A stretch of DNA of 64,000 nucleotides from Yuukianura sp. NJ FZ-2021 (Eukaryota): positions 11,036,001 to 11,100,000 of the forward strand of contig CM102290.1 of NCBI GenBank assembly GCA_046563655.1, written 5' to 3'. Shown here piece after piece: positions 13,601-27,000 of this stretch (positions within the stretch are counted from its first letter, which is position 1; every line of letters starts with the position of its first letter). The position numbers and the translations under genes were made by a program. A model generated the notes under the pieces. The model was not told where the DNA came from. It saw only the letters and a list, made by a program, of their open reading frames with translations, and did not search any database.

Positions 13601-16600
13601 TTGGTCATGTTCAGTAAACATTTCTGCTTGGCAGGATGTTGCCAGGGCCTTTACGTAGCGAAGCTTTGCTACTTTACGGTTTTAGGTTGTCTGTCTGGCC
13701 GTCCGTCCGTCAGCGGCAATTCTCTTCAATACTGTCCAATATTTCGTAGTGTTTTCTGTTCTTTTGTTTTCAGTAGTGAACATCCTGAGACCCCGAGGGG
13801 TCACTATTCAATATCATCCCGTGTCGACTTCCGGGTCAAAGGTCAATGTCAACCTGCATTATCTCCGGTAACATGAAATATAACCAGGTACAACGTTGGT
13901 CTCACTGAGATGAAGAAATTTTGTGTATATCATGTTAGCCTAAATGACGTTCTTACGGGTTAAAGGGCAACGTTTTTGATATGCATAACAACAGTACACT
14001 CTTGTTCATCATACTAGATAGCGTAGCGTTGCTAGCAGCTGTTTGCTAATGCAGCGCTTTCCTTTGTTTCGCTACTTTTGTACACTCCCGGGTTACGCGC
14101 GGATTTAGTAAAAGTATGTAGGAAGACGTAACCAGGGGGTTACACGTTTTCTTTGACATGACAGAAGCTCTTTCTGGAGGGCATGAAGAATAAGAACGTT
14201 GAGTAACTGGTGAGTGACATGTCCTTTCATTAAGAGAAAATCCTCAGGTGAAATTCCATTCCACTAATGGGTCTTCCATTTCACTTTCTCTTCCACTTTC
14301 CACGAAATCCATTACACCAAAATTCATGTCATTTCCAACAAAGCTCATCTAAGATTTCAATTTCAAATGAAAGTTTCTTTGAAAAAATGTGCTTTTGAAA
14401 GGATGCTACTGCAAGCAGAAATTTAAAAAATATAATAACGTTTTGAGAATATAGGAATTTCCAATTTACCGCTGTAACTCTTGCGTTACTGTTTTGGATT
14501 TTAAACGGTTTTGTGGACTTTTTTACGATGAGTTAAAGCAAGCATCTTTTCAAAAAAAAATTGGCATGAATTCAACTCTGCCTTTTTAAAACAAATTGTA
14601 TGATGGACTTGGAAAGAATTTATTCTGGTATCGTTATTCGTCATTGCATTTTGGCTTCCATACGTAGGAATTTCAAATAAAGTTTTTAAACTGGAAAACG
14701 AAGTGCTAATTTTGGCGCAAATTTTGTCTTTTTTCTTGGGATGTACGGCTGTTTTCACGATTTGCATTTTTTTTTGTCGGGTTACGCTATACGCTCCTGC
14801 TTTTCCGTTCAGCATAACTTTCTCCTTGGTCGCTTTTTGCGTTTAATTAAATTTGAAGTTGAGTTGTTTTTTGCCCAACTCTGTTTCTTAATTTTTTTTT
14901 CTCCTTTTATGAATTTTATTTTGTCGTGTCATATACGCTTTTTGTTTTTTTTTTAAGTTGACGTGGTTGAGCTTAGAAAAGAGCGTTTTGTAATCTTATC
15001 CGCCTCTTGAATTTTTGAAAATTCCATACAAAAGTGTATGCCGCTGGAAACTTATTCTAAAAATTTCTTTGAAAAAAAAATACGTTTTTGGTGCTTTTTT
15101 TTCAAAAATGAAGACACTGCAGTGTCCTCATCCGTCATTCCATCTTGCTAGTCCATTGTGTATGTCGTTTCCTTTGTCCCATTTTTTTCAAAACGTATCA
15201 TCATTTCCTTGTCTTCCGGAAAGTGGATCTTGGCAGAGGAAAGTTCAGAGAAAGCAAGAGCACAAGAACCACTGAAGACAAAGGCAAAAGCATAGAGTGA
15301 CACGTTTCGTTTCAAATTTTTTTTAAAAAAAAAAGACAAGGAAATGTGAAATAAGCTACATTTTGAATTTCCTGGTTCAAGGAACAGTCAATTTTTTGTT
15401 TGAGTAAACGATTTTCAGAAACTCGACTTTACAAAAAATAACTCTCAAAAGATTGAAATTTTTGGGTCAACTAAAACCAACTCAAGTCACTAAAACGAAA
15501 AGAACTAAAAACAAAGTTGAAAAATTCAAACTCAAAATAACTTGTCATGAGAAATATTATGAAATTTTGATGTGCAATGTTTGTTTAGCTTTTGGAAAAA
15601 AACTTTCTTTCGACAACTTTCTTTTTCTGACCTTCCGCTTTTGATTTGATTTAAATTTTTCGGAAGATGGCTTGACTTGCTTTTCAACATTGTTTACATT
15701 TCCGATTCCGATATTGTCTTTAATAGTTTTTTTTTTCAATATTAGAGTGTTTTTTATGCTTTTTTGTTATTTTTTTCTTGTTTGGTTCTTTTTTTTTAGT
15801 TTACTTTCTTTTTCCCCTCTTTTTCTTGGAAAGTCTACGGTTAAGTGTTTGAATGGAAATGGATAAAGTAGCACTTTGACCAGGATAAAGCTAGTTCATG
15901 TGTAAGATATGGGCAATGGTAAAGCCAAAGAAACTCATAACAGAGCTGGGCAAGTGTAGTAGTAGCATAGTGTTTCTGGATTGTAATTACAAGCCAAGTG
16001 GAACCGTGCAAGGCAGGAACGACCGTTGGAAGGAAGCCAAGGGCTCCGGTGGTGTGCCCGTCCCTCCTTCGTTGAATTGGAATTTTAATTCTAATTGAAA
16101 AATCATGTTTCTCCAGGAAGTGAAAGTTCTCTTGTCGACTAGAGCACAGGCTCTATCCAGGACTTTCTCCATGGTCCACTTCCTTGACATTGGAAACAAG
16201 GAACGGTGCACAGTGTTGGAGCTCCTTGGTGCACTGGAAAGTGAAAGCCGCAAGTGGGGAAAGGCTACTAGCTATTTCCCTGTTCTTAATCGCAAGAAAA
16301 CCCAAATCTGAAGCCATGCAGCTTTTTTCTTTGGCTCTCACTCGAAAAAGAGTGCGTAAGAGTAGTTTGGATATTGGCAAAGCTCCATACCATAATGACA
16401 GAGTTAGAGTTTGTGCGGGTTGGCTCAATGTTGGTTTTTGGGGTTGAAAAACTCTTTTAAAAAAAACTTTTTTTTCTGAGATTTTATTGAATGTTGAATT
16501 TGGAAAGATTAAGGATGAAACAAGTCGTTTCCCTTTCTACTTTCTCTTGAACAGAGAATCACTCCACGTGAACTAATTATTTCAAAAATTTTTTTATTTT

Positions 16601-19600
16601 GGATTGTACGGCAAAATTTGTGAATAAAAAAATCTTCGTTTTCATATCTAAGATAATCAGAGCGTTGGTTTTCAATTGGTTTGTGGGAAAAAATTGTTTT
16701 ACCCAGACGGTCTGCTTTCGCTTTTTGGTTTCAACTTGGCCAGGATTAATTTTTGAGCTGAGTAAAATTTACAAAATAAATGTCAATTTTTGTTATGCCA
16801 AAATTTCACTTTCTGGATTCTAAAATCTAAAAATCTAATTTTTTGTGTGTTTTTCAGCTGTACGGTCCGTGGCTCCTGTCGAAAAGCTCTGCCAAGCTCT
16901 CCACGGTGGCTAGCCTTTGGTCTTGGTCAAGAGTGCATTAGCTTCGATCGAATTCAACCCGATCGCATTCCGATTAATCAGGGCGGATACGTAAGTTTCT
17001 TCAATTATTGATTAGTATGCATAACGTTGCTCGTTAGCTTAATTATGTTTAAGTTAGGTTAGTAAAGTTTGGCTAGATGTGACATGCGTCTTTGAAAGTT
17101 CTTACAATATGAAAATTATGTAACGAGAGGAAGGAGGGCAGAATTTTTTTTTGGTTCAGTAACGAAAAAGGTTAATCCAAACTCCTAAACCTATCTCTTG
17201 TGCACAGGGTTATGTTAAGGATTTGGGTTTAGTGGCGTATTGAAGATGTTAGGCATGTTAGGTTAGCCTAGGATTAAGTTAGGTTAATGCAAAGTTAGGC
17301 TATGATGTAGCCAAAAAGAAAGAGAGTGGAAGGTGCTTGAGGTTTGGGTTTTCGACGAAGAGTTCTTAAGCCAAGGCTGAACTTCCTACTTAATGCCCTT
17401 CCCTCTTAAAATTGACATTTCGATTAGGAAAATGCTTTCAGAGGGATTTTTGAGTAGAAGACTCCGGGAAATGGTTCTTCCCCAAAAGCCACGGCTCACT
17501 TCCTTGTGTCAACTTCCTGGTTGAAGAGGGCTGTTGCCATGGCAACATCCACGTAGCCTAGCCTAACCTTCCAGTGCTACACAATTTGCATCTAGGGAAT
17601 CACGGGAACCTGCTGGATCCATAAAACCGTAGCCTCCCTGTCACTTGTTCCTAGTTGATTTTTTCCTGGAAGTTATTTTGGCAAAAGGTGCAGAGAAAGT
17701 GGCATTTTGTAGTAGAGAGACCATTACTAGATCAAATCCATTTGACACTCAACAAATTCAATCATCCAGAGCATAACACACGACTCACATGATTTTATTC
17801 GACAGGCACTATATAGAGCTCAATCGACCTCCGTTTCCTTCTTTTAGCACACGGGAAAAAGCGAGTCTGGGGATCGATTCCTACAGGAAGTGAAAAAATG
17901 GCAAAAAAATATAAAAGCAGGTGGTTTTTGTAGGGGAAAGAGAGGTGTTGGGATAATGAATGGTGTTTGGAGGTCGTAAACATTTCAAATTGTGCCAAAC
18001 GAAAAAACGAAACGGCTTGAAAGCATAAAATGTTTTTTTCAAAAACGAAAAAACGGACAAAAGATGTTGTCTGATTTGGAAAAAAAATTGGACAAAAGAT
18101 ATTGTTCGATTTTGAGATCCATTAGGACACAAACCCTTTTAGCTCCAGGTCAAAGGTTACGTTTTTTGAAATTTTGAAAAAAAGCATTTCAAAAAACTAG
18201 TCTAACAGCTGGAGAAAGCTGAAGGGGTAAGTTTTGAGAGAGGGAAGAATTGAATAGGAGCGGAACTTTTCTGTTGTTGATGAAAACGTACGGTTTACTG
18301 TTCGTGTTGGTTGAAACGGACGATGGGAAAAGGTGTTGGTTGTTGTATTTTTTAGATTTGGTTTATATTGTTATGGAGCGTGTGGAAATGATGATGAAGT
18401 TATAAAAAATGGATTTCGTGGGGACTTGGGAAAAAACCGTATGGATCCAAAAAATTGCGGAAGAGAAATATGCTATCTCGTAACGTTTTGGGAGTGGAGA
18501 GTAAAAGGAAGTATTATTTGGTGTTATTAAATCATATTTCATAAACAAAAGGCAACTGGCGGCTACAGTTGGAGCAGTAAGCACTTTCCTGTTGTTAATT
18601 TTTTTTAAACTTTTTTTTGGTAATTTTTCTTCACGAGGATACAGTTTTTCGAAGTTTCCATCATTCTAAATACATAAGTCTCGTAAATACATTCCTGCAG
18701 GCGCATAACTTGCTAAAAATTGACAAACTTCCGGTAAAATTTAAAAATCAAGTCGGTTTTTGTGTTTTGTTGTTCTTTGTTGTGGTTTTGTTATTCCTTG
18801 TTTTATTGTTTTAATTTTTTTTAAATTTAAGTAACTAGATTGTATTTTAGTTTGCGGCGGTTGCATTTTAGGACATTTCAGGCTGTTTTTGTTTGAGTTG
18901 TGGTTTGTATAGGTAGCAAACTAATTAATTAACATAATTAATCTAACTAGCACAGCGTTAAGAATTTGCAAAACATAATATAATTTTACTTAAATAAATT
19001 TTAGACCAAGGAATTATGTTATGTTTTTGGTTTGTTTTTCGGCGAGTGAAAAGGAAACAATCAGGCTCTCAGTTTTTAGATTTGTGTTAGGTTTCAGGTT
19101 GGTTAGGTTTTGGCCAAGGTTAGATTATTTTGGTGCTGAGATTAGGTTAGGCATGTATGTGTGTATTGTATGGTTTCAGTTCTTTTGTTAATTACTGAGA
19201 TTAGGTTGAGGTCCAAGACCACACGATGATTTTTGTGAAGATTTGAAAAAAGAAAGTGCGGTAGATTTTGAAGGGAAAAGGAAGTACTAGCGGCTGTGAC
19301 TGAAAGTGAAAGTGAAGGAAAGTCTGCGTGTGAAGGGAAGCGTGACGCTGAGGAAAGAACTGTGGGAAAATGATGGATAGCCCTCTCTCCCTCAACATTA
19401 AAATGGAAAAGCCTAGTAGGAAACAAACAATCAATTATTCCTTACTCAAAAATATAATAAACATAATTTATGTAATTCATATAAACATATTCGGTGTAAT
19501 CTTTGGTTACATTTTACATCTAAAGAGGTTTTTCAACTTGCAAGTTTTTTTTTCGTGTCCTTGGTTTTGGGTAGAAAGGAGAAGGTAGTAAAACGGGTTA

Positions 19601-21032
19601 TAAACCCAGGAAATGTTAATCATTTCTAAATTAAATTTAAATCTCAAACTAACCGCTATTCTTGAAAATGACGGGTATAGTTTTAAATGGCCCTGAAAAA
19701 GAACTTGCGAAAGCAGTAACTAGAAGTTAGTTTATCTAACAATTTTACAATTTGATTAGGACCAATAAATGGAACTGCAAAAGTTACTCAAATGTCACAC
19801 ACGCGCACAAAACTTTCTTTTGGAGAAAGCTGAAATTGACAGTCACCTATCCTAACTTGTAACATCTACTAAACGTTGGTTCCATAAGCAGCCTAGTTTA
19901 CCATGGTTACTGGAATTGATTTAAGTTTTTTGGGCTAAGTTAGTTAGGCTATGGTCGATTAGGTTGAAGTGGGAGGAAGGTGTGAAGACATGGAGAGTAA
20001 ATTAATAAAAATCCATGTGGTGTATTTATGGAAGTTTTTGCTGGAGATTTTAATTTAATTGAATCTCCCCTCTCTTGTCTTGCTCATCTTGATCCTGGTG
20101 GAGGATCCTTCGTTGTGAAGACTAAATTGTGACTTTAGGCGTTTCTCTTGACTTTTCCTGGACGCAGAAGATGAAGTCTCTCTCTCTTTAGTTCTGGAAG
20201 AGGATGTTCATGGACAGAGACTTACTTTAGAGTAATGAAACGAGCCCAGTGGGATCCCGGTTCAAATTAAGTGGAGGGAAATAGAAATTAATTAAACAAA
20301 GGAATGTTGAAGCTTTGTCTTAATTTTGAGGTCAGTAACGGAGTCTGACCTTTCGGTCGGTAGGGTCGCATAGGCAAAAATTCGGGTGAACCGTAGCTAT
20401 ACTGCATTTTTTTCTCCAGCAAATGTGATCAAGAAATTTACTCACAACTTTTTTTTTCTTAAGTTTTTTTTTTTTTTTTTTTTTGCTGTAGTTTCTTATC
20501 CTAGAGTAAAACCCGGCGTGATATGTCATAATGTAATACAGTGGATTCTCTAAATAAGGGAAAAAATTACGATTGGAGGATTGGTAGTAGGCGCCTCCCC
20601 CAGTACCGTAAGATTTCTGGTAAACGGTCATTTATATGGAATTTAAGGCTAGGAACACCATTCTAATGAAAAATTCCTGTTTCGAAGTTCAGAGTATATA
20701 ATTAATATTAATATACATAATATTCATATATTAATGCTAATTATATGTGATATCTATATACTAATCAATATTATATGGTATATTATATGCAAATTACGTT
20801 GTGAATGTCACCCTTATTAAACAGGTCATATAATATAATATATTATATACAGTGCGCAGTTGCGCAGGTTGTGCGCTGTTGCGCAGGTTGTGCGCTGTTT
20901 CGCAGGTTGTGCGCTGTTTCGCAGGTTGTGCGCTGTTTCGCAGGTTGTGCGCTGTTGCGCAGGTTGTGCGCTGTTGCGCAGGTTGTGCGCTGTTGCGCAG
21001 GTTGTGCGCTGTTGCGCAGTTTGTGCGCAGAT

Positions 21033-21063
<31 letters not shown>

Positions 21064-24000
21064 TAATATTAGTTAATTCCATTTAATTATCTAATTACTT
21101 TTGTTTCGCACCAAAAAAAATTAACCAAAAAAAAAACAATCGTAAAAAATAAGCCGATAAACTGAAACATACGTTCCCTCCAAAATTAAAACTTTACGGT
21201 ACCGCGACTTCGAGTGAAAGTGAGAAAGAGGAGGAGCTCCTGTCCCTTATTTAGAGAATCCACTGTACTGCATAACGCAACCCAGCATCAAACACCATTA
21301 ATTAATTGTTAATACACTGCTAATGTTAATCTTATTGATGTTTTTTTTGTTGATTACAGGTGATGCTGGTGATCAGACCAAACTTACCTGGAGGAGGAGC
21401 CAAGTACAAGTGTGTGTTTGGGTCAATGCCGCCGATTGATGCGGAGCTGAAACCGCATGGACTGGAGTGCAAAACGCCCCCTGTCGACCACCGTCCACAA
21501 ATTGCAGAGGAGGAACAGGATCATGTCCAAGTTGACCTGGCCGTCCGGTCGGCAGAAACGAACAAAGACTTCGTTAGCCGTTCCTTCTACTTTTTCAACT
21601 GTTCAAGACACACGCGATGTCGGTCGTGCGTCAAATCAGCCTGGGGCTGTAGCTGGTGCGTTTACGAAAATAAGTGTGTTCATGACACAGGGACTTGCAA
21701 CACTTCTTCGGTCGTCACTGGCGACAAGGCTGCTATCTTCCACGTCCTTCATCAGGTAAAGTTAATGCAGTTCTCATTTCTGGTCATGAGGTACAATTTC
21801 ATTGCTCAATCAATAGCCATGAGCTGCAAATCACTGGTAAACGTGCTTTTGTTTTCCGACCACTGATAATTTTCATGAGTTGCAAGTCATGGGTCAATTT
21901 TCATGTGTCTCAAATCATGGGTCAATTTTCATGAGTTGCAAGCCATGGGTCAATTTTCATGTGTCTCAAATCATGGGTCAATTTTCATCAGTTGGAGGTC
22001 ATAGGTCAATTTTGAGTGCAAGTCATGGGCCAATTTTCAGGAGCTGGAATTCATTGGTCGATTTTGATGAGCTTGAAATCTCGGGTCAATGCGCATGGCT
22101 GGCGAGTCATATGTGAAAGGTTGTGTTTTGTAGCGTCCTAAAAGCGTAAATAGCACCAAATGACTTTAACACTGATGATGATAGAAGTCATTGTGTCCCC
22201 ATTAGGGGTCATGTTGACCCGTGGGGTGTTAATGTACAAACCTTGTTTTTGGCTGGTTACGGTTGAGTTGAGTTGTTGTTGGAGTGAGCGAATGGCGGTC
22301 AAGGACCTGTGATGGCGGCGGGAGAATTTGAAATGACGTGAGAGGAAGTCGAGAGTTTTAGTGGATCGACCGAGCGTCACTGTCACTTTCGTTGGCTTCG
22401 CATTCACTGCATCCGTCTTGTTTGGGCATCCAAGTAGGTTGCTCTTCTGTTTTGGAACAAGAGCCAAAATAGGAAACCAACTAATCAAAAACAAGTCAAA
22501 AACTTTGGGGAAATTAGCTCCACGTCAATAATTCCCACTTAAGAAAATGGTCGAGGGAAAATCAAAGTTTTCTGACTCATGTCTCCTCCGAATGGCGGCT
22601 TTTCATGAAACAAACTTTCTCTCGCCTCCGCTTTCAGCCTGTTTTTCTTTCCAGAGAAAGTGCGTCTTTTTAAATTTGTTCATTCAACGTAAGTAGTTCT
22701 TCCTTCCAAAGAAACCATTCTATAACTTAACCACTTTTTTTAACTTTAGTTAAAGCTAACTTTATATTAGCTGCGTAATCCATTCAACCTTGATTTAATT
22801 TAACTAACTTTAGTTGATTTTTGGTAGGTGTAACTTTGCTCTTGGTGCTAACTACAGCGGGTAGAGAAAAATCGAATTCATGGTATGCGTTTGGGCTTAT
22901 AAGTCGAGTCAATGATCAAATTAGGTTAGGGTTAGACCAAACCTAACTTTTCTCGGCGTGTGAGCTGTGACTAACAGTTAATGTTTTGTGCTGCTTACTT
23001 GTCCAAACGAACACCTTTTTGTTCACGGTCGACTGACGTGGAAAGGGAAGGTTTGGCTGGCTTTCAAGCGGAGCGCTAGCGGCGCTCGCTGCCGCTTACT
23101 CACTGGTTACGTTGTTCCATTATGAGGATTCAATTAGTCGAGAGTGAGGAGCGTGCGGGATCAAAGAGATCGGATATCCAAGGAACCCGAGTCCCACTTG
23201 AAGTGGGATTAAAGAGCCAAGGTTAATGGTCCCACCATGGTGGGGCGGCCTTTGATGAGCCACGTTTAGACGGAGGAGCACAGAGTTCCACTTCCAGGCC
23301 GTTCCGTTTTCCTTTTTATTCAAAGTTTCCAGTTGGGCAGTGAAAGTGAATCCAATTCAATTTGAACAAAGTGATGAAAAGGAGAAAGTGGAAACGGAGG
23401 TTCATGGACCGTTAAGAGCAGCGTACAGAGTCAGATTCACACTATTACGAGAAGCCTATTTCAACAAGTTAATTATTACATGTCTTTTGCGCAGTTTTTG
23501 ATTTTTAAAGTTCCATCTCTGGAGTTTTGTTTTTAAAAGTAGAATCTTAGTGTCAGGAGTCAAGCGAAGCGATGAAGATGTGGGAGATGGAGAAAGTGAT
23601 TGTAGAAGGAAGGCTGAGGAAGAATTTAATAAGAGTAAAAGGCCTTAAATCTCTGGCAACTCTGCTGGTTACAATTTCAAAAATTAAAAGAATTTAAATC
23701 TCGCGCTCGGAATTAAATCAACGGCTTCATCTTGGGTTAAAATCTTCTCTCTCTTTTTCGGTGAAAATTTTAAACTTGGGAGCAAGAGAGCGAAGCTAAG
23801 CAAAGGGAGAGCAGAATATTCAAAAAAAGTTTTTGAACGCTGCTTCACTCCGTGGTTCCAAGGGATTTGGGATTATTGTAGCACACTATAAAACTAATTA
23901 AAATTTATGATTAACTTTTCTCACTTTTTTCATCTTTTTCGAAAATGGTTTTTAGGAACTTTTCCATTTCTCGTTTATTGAAAGAATGTTTTTTAAGAAA

Positions 24001-27000
24001 AGAGAAAGAATTCAAATTTTGAAAACTCAGTTGAGGAAGTGCACCCGGGAATTACTGTTTTTTAAGAAAATTTTTAATTATTTGAAGTTGAGACAGTTTT
24101 TTGAGCAAGTGACTGTTTGCAAATTTTTGTTAGCTTGTAACTTATTTTTTTACGTGTTTCAGAATCCTGCTCAAATGACATCACATGGTTCCGGTTTCTG
24201 TCCAAGATTTCGTAGTCCAGCTCCAGATAGCCTTCTATTTCCAAACAATATGCCAAGAAAAATTAAACTCGAAGTTGAAAATCTACCGAGACAAGTAAGT
24301 CAAAACGTAACTTTTTATCTGTAATTTTAACTGAAGTAGTATAATCGGAAAATATACTTCGTAACTTCGAGAAACCAATCTTTACAGTTTAAGTTTCAAC
24401 TTAAGTTTTGTCTTTTGTACTATATTTTAAAATAACCTAAAGGTTCAAACTAGCTTTTCTTTAAATTTGACATAACATGATGGTGTAAAAATAACATAAA
24501 AGTAAACTTTAGGTAGATTTTAAGCTATTTTGAGAAATTCACCTTTTACAATGTTAGAGTGAGTAACGTATGTTTCAGATTAGGTTAACAAAACCTAAAG
24601 TAAGAAAATGCCTGAAAGTGAAATGGAGAACGATGGAAAAAGTAGGGTTTTTGTTCCCGCTGTGTTGGAAACTTAAAAAATTGCGGAAGGAAAGTTGTTT
24701 AAAAGTTTTGTCTACGTCGCGCCCTTTTTTGAAGTCCGTGTCTCCGTGGATTCCTTCCTTCCTGGATGAAGTTCCACTTGAGACATGAACAGCACAGAGC
24801 CATACGTAGTTAGGTAGTAAGTCGTAAGGAAGAGGGCCCTTACTATCGTAGACTGTAGATGATGATGTACTAAAATTCAAATCTTCCCTCTTCATTCTTC
24901 CCTGCACTAGGTAAACCACTTTGACTTCTCCTGCATCATCCATCTTGAAGAAAGGAACATCAGAGTGGGAGCCAGAGTCGAAAATGGCCGAGTCGTAGTC
25001 TGTGATGAAACGACGGTACTTTCATTTTATTTCACTTTTTTTCTAGAACAAGAACCTCTAGGTTCTAAGATTTTCAAAAAAGTCACGGATATTTGAAAAG
25101 TTGAAAAAGAAATTGAAAAGACTCATTTAACAAAAACTTTCCACAGAAAAACAAAGATTTCTGGATATAGCGAACGACTCTTCAATTTGTTTGACCTAAA
25201 TGTAACTTTTTTAAATGGTTAAAGAATTGTTGGACAAGTTTTTTTTCCAGTTTTTGATGAACTTTTTCTGTGATTTTTTTGTTTGAAATTTTGATAATTT
25301 TGAAAAAGTGATTAATTTTTATGAATTACAGCTCTCCTACCAAGCGGCATTGGGTGAGCTGGAGGGAAGCGTCACCGTCCTATGGAAACAAACGCATCAT
25401 CTTGACACCATGAATTTTACAGTGTACAAATGTGAAATTCTGGGGTCACATCGAGGTCACCCTGACTGTTCCCTGTGTGTCACGCCCAGCAGTGCTCGCT
25501 ACAAGTGCACTTGGTGTGGTGAGCAGTGTTCATACCGTGAATCATGTCTCAAACACCCTGTGTCCAAGTGCCCAAAACCTCGAATTGACGTGGTAAGCAT
25601 TTTTTCTCTTGTAATTTCACATTTTGTGGAAAAGTTTTCAATTTTTCTCCTCTCAAGAAAAAGTAACCGTAGAGAGGGAACAGACAGGAAATGCTTTTTT
25701 TTCTTGAAACTTGACGGCTCAAGTGGCTCCAAAGATCTAAAGCAGTTTTAAAGTGTTTGTTCTGGCGCGGGGCTTTTAAACAGAAGTGGTGTAAGGTGGA
25801 AGGAGTGACTGAGATCTATGACTTTTTGGGACGGGTGGAAATGTGTATTTGTAAAAACGCGGGAGATTCCATCTTTCTGATTCAATTCATGACTTTTTTT
25901 CTGGATCTTTTGAGAAGGATTGGATTGGATTTGTAGGAAAAAGTGTTCGAGATGAGAATATGATATAAGAGAGGCAACGGTGCAGCGATTGCACTCTGCA
26001 CCAATACATTCCATTCAGCGAACAAAGGATGTTGCACGGGGTTAACTTCGAAGACTAGCGTCAGCTTCGCAGATTGACACTCACGATTTATTACTTCAGT
26101 CTTCGTCTGCATTTCAAATAGAAACTACTACAAGGGATGTGAAAGGACTAAAGAAGCAATGCGGAGCCCTGTTAAAGTTATATAAGGGCTCCTTTCTTCT
26201 CAAAGACTGTGTCTATAAAGTTAGTTTTTGTTGTGGAGTCATGGATCCTGGACCTTGTCTGACTTGTCCAACTTCCAAGTCCATCCATCATCCGCTCAAG
26301 TGTCAACATTCTTCCGTTTCGGGCTCTTAAGGGCTTATTCCAGCTCAGTCACTTCTAGTACTTGGTGCAAGCGCTGCACGAGCCCATTCAAAAACGAAAA
26401 GTTTTTCACGTTTTTAGCAATTCTTTGGCTACATAGAACAAGTAACCAACCTAGTCCAAAACATTGTAATTTTTGTAATTTTTATATTTTAGAAAAACTG
26501 AATCTAATTTTTTTTAATGTTTCCTAAAAGTCTCCTTGTGTTAACGTTAGATACTCGGATACAGCTTGATTTTGGTTTGCAATTTTTGATCGGTTTTGAG
26601 TTAGTCAGGTCAGACTAATATTAGGTTGTTTGCACAAAAATGTTAAGTTTTTTTTTGTGTTTATTCTTAGGCCAGGTTAGGCTATGCTATGTTGTTTGGA
26701 TTGCGGTCTGTATGAGTATTTTGGGTAAGTTGGAGTTTAATTGACGAGAGAAAGTTGTGTGGAGTTGTGAGAAAAGTTTGAAGTGGTCCTTGAAGCGGGT
26801 ACTTGAAGGAGTCCTGAAGACGTGGACGGTGAAGAGGTCATTGGAAGGGCCTTTTGTGTTCTGTCTGGAACTGGAATCCAATTAGGAATAACCCTCTGGC
26901 ACTCCATAACGTTAGGCTGAGTCCAGCACCACTTTGGCCTCACAATGGAAACATTTCACTCTGGCTCGTTGCTCACTAGGTTCCTTGAAAGTCGCTTCAC

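Noticed and set aside
20805..21082. Cys/Arg-rich ORFs resembling metallothionein or protamine
   Set aside because: Translations of the 19-bp minisatellite in several frames.
21729..21755. Possible GC donor removing AAIFHVLHQ from the PlexB exon
   Set aside because: AAG/GCTGCT lacks the strong consensus that GC-AG introns need; treated as a simple insertion.
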